Notes under the pieces: model-generated | Seen by the model: only the letters and a program-made list of their open reading frames with translations | What the model was told of the DNA's origin: nothing | Databases searched by the model: none | Part shown: in pieces, positions 12,101-23,600 of the stretch | Numbering within the stretch: the first letter of the stretch is position 1 | Layout: each line of letters begins with the position of its first letter | Source: Oculina patagonica | Taxonomy: Eukaryota | Length of the DNA: 64,000 nt | Reading direction: 5' to 3' | Assembly (NCBI RefSeq): GCF_052425735.1 | Contig: NC_135770.1 | Span: forward strand, 36,394,001-36,458,000 | Program-made: the position numbers and the translations under genes

Positions 12101-13211
12101 CATCAGCAAGGCTAAGAGCTGCACTGAAAAAAGGAACTGCTAATCCAGAAAGAAGAATATACATTGAATTTCCTTCTAATTCAGATCATCAGAATCACTT
12201 AGTGGGCGAGGTAATGTTTAAAGATTCTTTAAGTGGAGAAAGAATTCAGTTTGGCTATACTCAATGCCATACTGTCTTTTTGAAGTTTGAAACTACTTAG
12301 TGTAATCTCTCATGATACTTTGGCTGCTGTACCGCTCTTCTCAATGCAAGAATAAACTGGAAATATTGCAGATGACATATCTTTAGGCAGAGGAGAGAAG
12401 GATATTGTTTCATAGTCTCTTTACATGTTCGGACAGTATCCGGTATATGGAATGAAATTAAGGTCGTTGAAATTAACGCTCCACTTAAATAATGTCACGG
12501 AAATGAACACTCAAAAAATAACGCGACTTAAATTAACGCGAATTTTGTGAATTTCCTATAATAAGGTATTTAAAAATTATGACTAGGCTCAAATGTGACA
12601 AAACGTCCTTCAAACGGCTAGGATTAGATGTGTGTTTGTTCCACAGACCACTGAAGTACAGTCAAGCTTCAAAATTACAGGCTCAGAGAAGATCTTTATG
12701 TTGAAAATGATTTCATATGCACCTACTTTTTCTTCAGGTGGGCCGGATGTGTCCAACTGTTGATAAAAGGGAAACCAACAGAACCAACGTTATCCACGAA
12801 TTAGTAGCAGAAGGATTAAAAGATGTCAACCAAGTCAGACATGAGCTGGAATTAAGCATGGCTTCAGATCAGCCGTCTTCTTCCATTGAAACTCTTCATG
12901 TCTCCTTAACTGAGTTACCTATTGAGAACGTTTCCATTGACACAACAAATGCAGATCTTTTCGTTAACACAAACGCAGTTCTCTCTGAGGAAGGCGAAGG
13001 ACAAAAATGCCGGGATTTGTTGGAACAAATAAAACAGCTTACTTTTGTGATACAGGATAAAGAAGTGTTGGGTAGACTGAACAGTAGGCTTCAAGGATTT
13101 CTTGAAGGAATGCAACTCTTTTGCTGTGTTAGACAAAGCGAAAACAACAGTGAAGTTCACGAGGACATAAGCACGCTACAACAAGAAACTTTTATTGACT
13201 CGAGTAAATAA
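9109..13211 (+). CDS. Calcium-responsive transcription factor (CaRF/ALS2CR8 domain)-like protein, ~351 aa
   Basis: Exons 9109-9262, 9664-9836, 11087-11197, 12067-12210, 12738-13211 join in frame with GT-AG sites. Motifs GVPFIYLGCKIYDCQHG, CTARIKLREILMFPDFK, IYIEFPSNSDHQNH and IHELVAEG resemble the CaRF domain. Confidence 0.75.
10190..10300 (-). mobile_element. Penelope-like retroelement fragment (GIY-YIG endonuclease)
   Basis: GIVYKVTCRTCSFAYVGESKR motif inside an intron. Confidence 0.7.
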
Positions 13212-13805
13212 CAACTAAGTTACAGTCTGCGATAATAGATCTGCTATAAACCTTTTTTAATTTCAAAGAGTAGCACTGGCTAGCAAATTCACATCGGCCC
13301 TGTTTTGGTGCATCATGTGGGACCGATTGAAGTGTCTCTAGAAAGTTAAAATCATTCCAGAACTGACTTAATTTCAAGTATAGGGCTCAGTAATTTTGAA
13401 AAAAATAGACTATCTTACAGGAATTGTAAACTAAAATTTACGTTAACGCTAGTTTTCCAAAGTTCTTTTTAATTTTAAATTCCAACATTCATATATAATT
13501 CTTTACATTCGAATGATTTGCCTCTCTTCTGTTTTGCTCTGTTATTACACTCACGTTAATTATAGTCCCATTACTTTTATTACGCTAATTCACACAAACG
13601 TTAATTTATTATAATAAGGTACTAGCAATCCCTTTATAAATCGTCGAAAGGCGCTCTTTTCCTTTCCCGTATTCCCAGGCTTGAACAGTGAGCTCGGAGC
13701 TCACTCCCATATATGTGCCGCTGTGAAGGGTGTGGTTTTCAACAAAATTGGAGCTGGGATAGGGTATAGAAATCAGAGAGTTTTCGTCTAGAATAGGGGT
13801 ATCAT

Positions 13806-14422
13806 TAGTCCAGTCCCTGAACTCTCTCTTCCACGCGCCCTTTATAGGGGTTGAACCCAGGCGCGCGAAGAGAGAGTCCAGGATAACTTGCATGCGCATG
13901 CTCAGAACGAACCAATCAGAAGCGGGGAGTGTGGCGTCACTTGCTTGGAGCGCGCGCGCTAGGCTAAAACTGGCTCGCTCAAATGACGAATTCAACTACG
14001 CAACCGAGCGCGCGAATAAATGCAAGAAAAAAAAAACTGTGCTCAATTGCATCCAAAACCAATTCAATAAACAGCTACAAAATACCAGAAATAGTTGACG
14101 GATAGCGATTTTTGTTTTGGTCGTTAGCTTTTAGCAGACACTGACTGCAAAGCTAGGCTTTTTAAAGTTATTCCGGTGATCCTGCTTTAGTACACGGTCG
14201 CGTAGTTGAACAATGGATAGTAAAAGGTCCTTTTACTATCCATGGTTGAACTCGCCATCTGTGCGCGCGCGTTTTCAAAAGGGCTGCCAAATATGGGTTT
14301 TCCCCCAATTTTGGGGGAAAAACTGGCGCAGCGCATGCAAGTTATCCTGGACTCTCTCTTCGCGCGCCTGGGTTCAGCCCCTATAAAACGCGCGCGGAAG
14401 AGAGAGTTCAGGGACTGGACTA
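13806..14422. mobile_element. MITE with ~90-bp TIRs, TAG...CTA termini and 9-bp TSD
   Basis: tagtccagtccctgaactctctcttcc / ggaagagagagttcagggactggacta. TSD gggtatcat (13797-13805, 14423-14431). Nested in another interspersed repeat (~13700-14730). Confidence 0.85.
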
Positions 14423-14778
14423 GGGTATCATTTGCCGGGAAACTGATCAGTGGTATGAAGAATCAAGTTCAGAATAGGAATATAAAATTAGAAGAGAAAG
14501 AGGCTTTCCTATAAGTAAATAAAATCATCGCCGCAAAGTTGTTGACAGATGGTTTTTCATTAAAAACACTAATAGGAAAAAGCAAGTCTATTATAGGGTA
14601 GAGATTGTCGGTGTCTAGTCTAGTATAGGGTTGCAAAATCAGCAGAACATGGTCTTGTATAGGGTAAGGGTTTCAGAGTCCCAGCGGCACACCCCACCCA
14701 AAAGTATACAGAGCTTTCCCCCCCCCCCCGGGACCTTGCGACACCTCGTCTCTCAACTCGCGCTCGCCATTCCACGAC

Positions 14779-17700
14779 TCATTCAGTCTTTTTAAGGTTA
14801 GGTCTCTTGATTCGAGCATAGGGACCAATTCTGGGATCTGTAATGAAATCCCAGATCACCTTGGTCCAAGATGTGTGATATGGTAAATGGTCGTAGTATT
14901 CTGCTGCGATCTGTTTTACCAAAGGGAGCCGTGATCCTGGGATACTCGGAAAATCATGGTGCTCATTGTGATAACCAACGTTAAAAGTCAAATAATTTCC
15001 TGGCCCGTAGTACGAGTAGGTTTCGCAGCCTTTCTCGAACATGTAATGCTCAGCGATGAAGTGACCGGCCATTGGGTGCAGCCCGGCGCCAAGAATTGTA
15101 CTCGCGAACATATAGACGAGCGGTTTGACGCCCCAGAAGTGAACTACGACGTAATTGGCGCTAAACTGAACCACCATGTTGAGGATTTCTAAGCCTTTTG
15201 GTGTCAAAGGGTTGATGACAATAGGTCTAAGGGCGTACCAGAACGGCTGCAGAATCACCCAGACCAGCTTGGTAATGGAGTTGTAGAACATTCGGGCTTC
15301 AAATGTGGTCGGCAGGTCGGGATCGATCTCTTCTACTCCCATATAGCGATGGTGAAGGATGTGGTATTTTTTAAACGCCACGGACGAGGGGATTGCAGTC
15401 GGTAGGTTTGCCAGGATACCAAAAAGCCTGTTTAGAAGGGGTCGGCCATTCCCGAACGGGATGTTATGGCAGATGTCGTGCACCCCTACAATCAGGGCGT
15501 GGCTGGGGAATGCTCCTATGAAGTAAGCTGACAGCAAGAGAGTCGACCAGGATACATCGCGCATTAAGTAAGCCAGTGTGAACTGGATCACTATCAAAGC
15601 CAAGATTTCATATTTGAATCGTGGATCACTGCCCATCAATTTCTTGATCTGGGGGTACTTAGCTGACAAAATTAAAAAACAAAAATATTGATTACGGTTT
15701 TGTTTTATCGAGAATAAACAAGGTCGAAATAAGAGTTATTAGTGAAGGGCTGATCTTGATTATTTTGAATCACGCAGAAACCGAGTTTTTTTACGGCTTC
15801 CGAAGTGGAAAATTCTTAAGTACGCGTATTAACATGCAAACAGAGAGCCAGCTAAATATTGCCGTATGACATGAATGCAAGACAAAATTTTCTTTAGGTT
15901 TATCAGACTAGCGCGCTCTATATCAGGCTGGCTCGCTTACATGTCAAAAGGCTCTCGTCTTCTAGCCCTGGGCGTGGAATGGTTTTCGCTCTTACATGTG
16001 TTTCTTTATACGCGGATTTCAATTGAGTATTTTATATACAATGCAATGACAATGACCAACCACAACGAACGAATACAATACAATGAGCTAACACAGTAAA
16101 AACCCGCGAATAAGAACTTAACATTTAAGAACCTGTTACCGTAAATGATCTAATAAACGCCCTCTCTCAAATAAACGCCTCTTATCTAATAAACGCCCCC
16201 TCTGAGGTGTTAAGTTTGTATTAGACGCCCCTCTCAAATAAACGCCCCGTGTCTAATAGACGCCCCCCTCCAGGAATCATCTCAAAAACCAAGGAAATGC
16301 TCCATAGAGTAATTTCACGCAATAAAGTTAGTTTTTTGCTTGACTCGGACATCGAAGAGGCCAACAACGCCAACATGGTTAACCCCGATGACGATAAAAA
16401 ACGTCGATATCGAACTATGAACGGCATCTCAAGGCTTTGCATTAGCGCAGATTAGATTAGTCTCCTACTCACAAACTCTGTTATGTATCTTACTCCAGTA
16501 GAAAACTACCCATCCTATTAGTTGTGTTGACGTTGCTACTGTTAAATTGAAATAAACGCCACTCTCTAATAAACGCCTCATATCTATTTAACGCCTCCCC
16601 TAGGACCCCAAAAATTTAATAGACGCCCCGGGCGTTTATTAGATCATTTACGGTAGGCTAAATTTGCAAATTAGACCCACGTTTTATAAGAACCTATTTG
16701 GCCTAAAATTTGGAAACAGGTTCTACTGTGCATTACTGTGCAAGGCATTACTGTGCATGTATATAATGTTATGTTTGAATGACTAGTGCTTTATTTTTAC
16801 ATGAACACTTATGTGGTATGCAAATTTTATACAAGGAATAGGCCGAATACCACTAAAAATTCTATTAGCAACAATGTAAATTTTTCTTCAGAAAATAAGA
16901 ATCTATTAAGAACCTAAATAGCCTAAATTTGTGTTAACTACCATTTATGTAAGAACCTGTTAAGGCTAACCTGGAAAAATTAGGACCAATTAGGCTCTTA
17001 CTCGCGGGTTTTTACTGGATAATGAGAACTCAAATACACCCCTCTGTTACAGACCCAGTGGAACCCGACCCAGTGGATTATTTTCCCCTACCCAGTGAAA
17101 ATTTAGTCTCCCCGGTACCCAGCGAATATTTTGATTTTACCCGTCCATTTTTGTGCTTCCCCAGTGACTGTGCGTTGTGACTTATGTCGAATAAACTTAT
17201 TTTAGAAACGAGCCCAAATAAGCCGACCCAGTGGGAAATTGGCCAACCCAGTGACTTTTTTCAGATTCCACTGGGTCTGTTACAGAGGGGTGTTCAAATC
17301 AAATGCGCGTATCGGGCGCGTCAGGAGTGGAATATCTCGCTTGACCAAGTCACGGCTGATTGGTCTAGAAGATGGCGCGAGTTTTATACGCCACTCACAG
17401 AGCACTGTAAAGGAAAACTTGGTTTTTCCGTTGTTTTCAGTTTATAATCTGAAAATATATTTGATTAATTATTTCAAATGACTGAAAAACTGCAACAAGT
17501 GGAAATTAACATGCAGGGTTGAACGTATTAACCTGATCATTAGTCGCTTACGTGTCCGAAGTTCAGGAAATGAATGTATTAACTCTGACATAAACACAAA
17601 CAATTATTTTTTTTATCTGAGCTGTGTACCCATTAATATTTGTAATATCTGTGACGCCCTGAATTTTTTTGTTCTAAATACGTCTACGTTTTCCTTTTTT

Positions 17701-18308
17701 TAACGTCCTGAAGCCACATAAATATACTGTTACATAAACAAAAATCTTTATATTGCTCCCGAAACTGATGGACGTGTAAGCCTGCATGAATTCCCAAGTT
17801 TAAGACCGTTATAACACTTCTAATGATTTCGCAATAAACTACAAAAAACGCGCATGTAACAATATTAAAAAGAACATTTACAAATTTGGAAGACGAGAAA
17901 ATTTATTGATTAAAAAAAACGTTGCATTGGAAAACAGATGCAAAATTAAAAACAGTTCTAATCGATTTCAATGCTGAATGAAATAAGGTATTTCTTCAAT
18001 TATGCTACAGGCTGTATGTAAAACCAGTGATAGTAAAATAAAAGCTATTTTCAAAATTTGAACTTATAGGATGGCGGGTTCTTTTTCATAAACAAAAACG
18101 GTGCAGAGAATTCTTCTCATCTGACTAAACTTTAAATACTCCGCCTGGAGCAAGATTCGACAAGATGTTTAGCAGCAATTTATGAAAGATCTAGCTGAGA
18201 AAATAGCTTAAAACAATGCGCCTTACCAAGAATTTCTTTCCTTCTCGTTGCATGAGGCTCGGCAGTGTAGGACCATTCGAAGTCATATCGCGTTATGTGC
18301 CCACCCAT
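14779..18308 (-). CDS. DEGS1: Sphingolipid delta(4)-desaturase DES1, 321 aa
   Basis: Exon 1 18308-18227 (MGGHITRYDFEWSYTAEPHATRRKEIL) joins in frame to exon 2 15662-14779. Histidine boxes HDICH, HILHH, HNEHH; ETYSYYGP motif. Confidence 0.95.
16139..16653. mobile_element. Tc1/mariner-type MITE in the DEGS1 intron
   Basis: TIR ccgtaaatgatctaataaacgccc / gggcgtttattagatcatttacgg, TA on both sides, internal taaacgcc subrepeats. Confidence 0.85.
17036..17293. mobile_element. 258-bp MITE with ACACCCCTCTGT termini and 6-bp TSD
   Basis: acacccctctgttacagacccagtggaa / ttccactgggtctgttacagaggggtgt; TSD tcaaat. Confidence 0.85.
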
Positions 18309-20671
18309 TACGATGTTTGTGTCACTGAACTGGGCTAGGCGTGCGGCCGTGAAGTGTCTGCTGTTTTGAATTTTAATTGGACATTTTAGGTATTCAAATA
18401 AGTGGAAACTTAGTCAGATATCCATGACTAAAATATTATTGCCCAAACATTCATACGGTCACGCCTGTTTATTGAGTTCAACATTTGATCAAAGAATTGT
18501 AAACTTAAGGTTATTTCTGCATAACAGTCGATATCATCTCACAACGCTCGCCAATGAAAATAAGGAATGGAAAGCCCGAAAAACAGCCTTACTATTCAAA
18601 AAAGGTTAGTTCATATCTCCGCATTAACAGAGTAATTTATTCATAGTTGGAGTCGCCAAAAACTGATGACAGCATGACAAGATAACAATAGATAGCAGGT
18701 GCCCGCGGGGCTTTAAGTTAAGTGTTTTGCGATCAATCTATCTGGATGTAGATAAAACTGGCAACTAAACTGGCTATGCACCTGTTACCGAGTTCACGTT
18801 TTCCTGTCATGATAAAGAAGTGTGCAAACAAAGCTAAACAAATAATTGCCCCCGCAGGGTTTTAGCCCAGAGGCCAAAACCCGAGGAGGCATCATTGTAA
18901 TCCGCGCGAATATAGAATATATATATAGTATATACCAGGAAAATTCTCGATTTGGCCAAAGTGAGCGGGCAAATAGTATCGGGAAATGTGACAAGGTTGA
19001 AAGCCCGCAAGTGGGTATCGGGAGGTGTGATAAAATCCCCTGTACGGTGATTGGTCAGTGATGACGCAAGTAAACGATGGCTGGGTGATGATGACAACCA
19101 AAAGCGTGAGCACGTGCACAGATGACAACAAGTAAACAAACGACGTTTGTAAACGTTGATTGCAGTTGGGCAGCCTTTTGATAAAGATGATTTGAGGGTT
19201 TTTTCAAGGCCTATTTCGATTTTCAATGCAATGCAATTATTGAAAAGAGTTCGCGATAATTAACTCGCAGAGAAGTAAGAAAATCCACATTTTTACTTTT
19301 GAGTGGTGCTGTCATGACATTTCACAAGGCCCCGAAGAAGAAATATGTCTAGGAACACGTACGAACATATCTAGCCATAACTTCAAATTTGTCTGCGATT
19401 TACGATAAGCAAGCCTTAGTCCAAAACCGCGATTTACCAAGCGCAAACTACTTGAACGGAGAAAAGCCTTGATCAGTCTATCTCCGGACGAGATTTACAA
19501 GAAATTCAAAAGAGATCTCGAGATAATTATTTAAGACTCGCGGCAGGCGAAACCGGAAACCAGAACAGGGACCGCGGAGAGGGAGGGGCTAGGGGGGCTT
19601 TAGCCCCCCCCCCCCCACTTTTTTCAGTAACAAGAAAAAATTATAATGAATAAAAAGGCAAACGAAGAATTACTGATAAGAATTTGTTTCTGGAAGCCAT
19701 ATTATTGATTTAGTTTCTAAAGGACGAAAGTAACAGCAAATACTATTGTCAAAATAGACTCGCCTTCAACAACTTGCGAATGCGGACAATTCTCTTAAAG
19801 GTTTTCAGTTATAATCGACAACTGTTAGGCTACTACAAGATCATGCCTTTTATTAAAAACTGGCTTTTTAAGGGCGAGTGGACTTCTCATGAAAAAAAAA
19901 AAAGGCCTGTTCCATCAATGGTCAGTTTCGATCCGAACAAATGGGTTACGTTTATAAGACAATACTGTTTGTTTTTGAGCTCACGCTTAAGGTAATTCAT
20001 TTTGTAACAATGACAGTGAAATTGTCTTTTCTGTTTTCATTCGTTCTGGTAACATCTTAATTAATTGCGGGTACTTCAACATGGTGAGAGAGGTTCGTGT
20101 CTTGATGTAAGTCGGCAAAAAGTGTTATATCGAACGTTTTGTGGAGCAACGTCTCTTCATCGCAACGTTTTATCGCTTTTATCGTTGTTGTATATACTGA
20201 TGTTTTAACCGTGATTAAATTAAGTTTCATTCTATTATATTTTAGTTGATTTCTCAGATATCAGTTAAAATTTTAGCTATTAATTTAATTTATCAGTTAT
20301 CGATAAACTTTCCTTGTCAGGCACTACAGTATGTACTTGTAGCAGTATCAAGCTAAAAGCCCATTATCAACCATTATCAACTCGGTGCTTAAGATTAGAA
20401 TGACACTTAACATTAAAGTACGTTCTTGGACAGCCATGTTGATCTTGTTTCAGATTTCAGTTACATGTAGAAATTTTTCGTTTTTAAAAATAATCGGAAT
20501 TTTAGTTCCTGGTGTCGTCCCTGGTATGGCCAAAGCGTCCTTTAAGTGCCAGCGGTTCTTATGAAAGCGGCAATCAGATTTATAATTTATGCAATTATTT
20601 CGTGATCTTGTCCGAATCGTCCAATATATATATATATGCAAAACAGTAATTTCGCTAGCTGAGAGCTTAAA

Positions 20672-23600
20672 ATGTTTTTAATCATCATCATCAGCGCAAT
20701 TCTAATTCTTTCAATGTTTGTACTTTGTCTTGACTGCAATCCACGACTTTGGTTTTGCGAGAAATTTGGCGCCAAACCCGAAGCTAAACTTCGTGGTAAA
20801 GTTGTGTGGATCACTGGAGCTTCGAGCGGTATTGGCGAGCATTTAGCTTACGAACTGGCAAAATGTGGCTGTAAATTGGTCCTGTCAGCAAGAAGAAAAG
20901 CAGAATTGGAGAGAGTGAAGGAAGGATGTGTCGGTAAGTTATTTTTTCATGCTTTCCGTTTTATAAATAGTGGCCTTTTTCTCATGTTGATAGCCTTGGC
21001 TGACAAGTTACCGTTGCGTGACCACTCAAAAACAATGGTGTAAAATTAAAAAGAAGCATATTAGCTTACGGAAACTCAAGATATCCTGGAGAATATGGAA
21101 ATTAAATGGACTCTTTCTGTTTAGTTTTATTTTAGATGCAGTCTCGTTACCAGGGAAAGGGGGTCCATTCATATCCACACCCCCTCTCCCAGAGTCCCCC
21201 TCCCGTTCTACCTATGGACGAGATTTTCTGAAGGGGGGGGGGGGCGCCTTCCTCTTTCCCGACTTATGTTGGAAAGGTTGAATGACTCTGCTAGCAGGGT
21301 TCGAAGGGGAAGGGGTAATCTTTGGTCTTTTGAATATTTCTGAAGAGGTTAGGGAAAAAGTTGACTTTTTGTGAGGGGGTAAAAACATCGGGCTATTTCT
21401 GGTAGGGGGTGAGGGGGCATTATAACATTGGCTATTTACAAGCATAACTGTGGAGTTGAACTACTGGTTAGAATTGGATTTGAACCCTTATCCTCCCAAT
21501 TTCAAATCCAGCACTTTATCTATTCAGCAATGGCTGTTTTTATGCTAGTGACAATAATGTCATCTAGATGTCTTTAACGTCTAAGACGTTAAAGACGTCT
21601 GGTATAAAAACGGGACACATTTAGCAGACAGCTTTTCAGAAAAAAATAAAAAAAAGACTGGGTTCGACACTCAGAGGACACTGAACACGAAGACGTAGAG
21701 CCATCAGACATTAAAGGCGTCTGTCTTTTTTACTGTTTTTATACTAGTTAACGACGTCCCGTTTTTATACTAGATGGCTTTAACGTCTGAGATGTTAAAG
21801 CTGTCCGATAAGAGCGTCGTTCAGATGCTCTTTAACGAAGAGACGTTAAAGCCATCAGATGTTAAAGGCGTCTGTCTTATTTACCGTTTTTATACTAGAC
21901 GTTAATGTCGTCTCGAGACAGCTTTAACGTCTAAGACGGCTTTAACGTCTCTAGCATAAAAACGGCCAATGCTCATAAAAAAAATAAGAAATTTAGATTC
22001 ATCCCTGTCCCTCTCTCTTTCAATTTTGAACTTGTCCCCAGTCTCCCCTATAATAGTCTTACGGCTTATTCAAAATTTCTGCATCATTCTTTGCCAGCCT
22101 ACAACAAAGAGAAATTTCCAGATGCCACAGCAGAGAGTCACTTTCTGGTTCTGCCAATTGATATGTCTGACTTTCAATCTCACAAGGCCCTAACAAAACC
22201 AGTATTGCAGCACTTTCACAAGGTAATAGACCTACTGGTCAGTGGCAGTAAATCATTACAGGGTATGTGGTGACACATTGAGTCTAGTGGCCCATACAGG
22301 CCGGACCTTATCTTGGTTTCTGTAGCATGAAGTGACTAGGAGTATTTCTACTCCCCCCTGGATGGGATGCTAGTCCATCACAGGGTCACCCCCCAGCATT
22401 AGTTTACTGGTACCCATTTATACACCTGGGTGGAGAGAGGCACTATGAGAGTTAAGTGTCTTCCCCAAGAACACAAATCTTATCTTTGTGTTCTTCCCCA
22501 AGAACACAAATCTTATCTTATCTTATCACAACGACCACTGCCAGGCTTGAACCCAGTCCACTCGTTCTGGAGTCCAGCGCACTATTCATTAGGCCACCAC
22601 GCCTCCCATGGGAACTTTCATAGCTGCCTAGAATTGGTGGATTGGTATATTGATGGAACTTTAATATCACATTATTCTAGGATGCTAAAGGGTTGAGGAA
22701 TAAAATTAAGATATTCCAATTTAGACCAGAATAAATGTAAATGTAAATGTAAATCAAACTGACTGACCATTTGTTTACCAAAGCAGAAAACATCTTCTTC
22801 ACAGATTGATGTATTGGTCAACAATGCCGGCATGTTGCAGGTTGGACTGGCAGAACATACAAAGCTCTCTGTTGATCAGCGTGTAATGGATGTTAATTTC
22901 CTGGGTGTGTTGTCGCTCACTAAGGCTGTTTTACCTCACTTCCTGGAAAAGGAAGATGGACACGTAACTGTCATTAGTAGCCCGGGTGGAAAGTTAGGTA
23001 ATGAAAATTATTTTCGGTGGCAGATCCACACCTTTAACTAAGGAAGAGGCCCTTCTTTGTGTGTGTACACCCAAGAAATTTTTAGTGGGAGATTTTAGTC
23101 ATATTTTAAAAAAAGGCAATTACCAAAAAATAAGGAAGGGGCCCCATCTCCTCCCCCAGATCCACCACTGATGTTTTGATAACTTCAGAAACAAAAAGTT
23201 TAAACTGACAAAATATTTCACTTGTTTTATTTCAGCATCTGCAACCATGGCTTTGTATTGTGCATCAAAGTTTGCTATAGAGGTGAGAAACATTTTTGTA
23301 TGGTAATGATGAAAAGCAAACAATGTATACTGTATTTCCTTGAAAGTGACCCACTTTTGATTAGGTACCCCCTCCTTAAATAAGTTAGAATGATGAGAGA
23401 TTCACATTGTGTAGTTCCATAATTTATCCATACTACTTACTTTTACTTCCTAAAAATCCCCCACCCCTCTAAAAATTTTAATTAAGCTTCATACATTTTC
23501 TTAAAGTTTTTTGGCCCTTGAGACCCCTCTCACCCCCAGGAATCTCTTCTGTGGGGAAGAGTATGGACATTTTCTGGCACCACACTTATTTATTTTTTTA

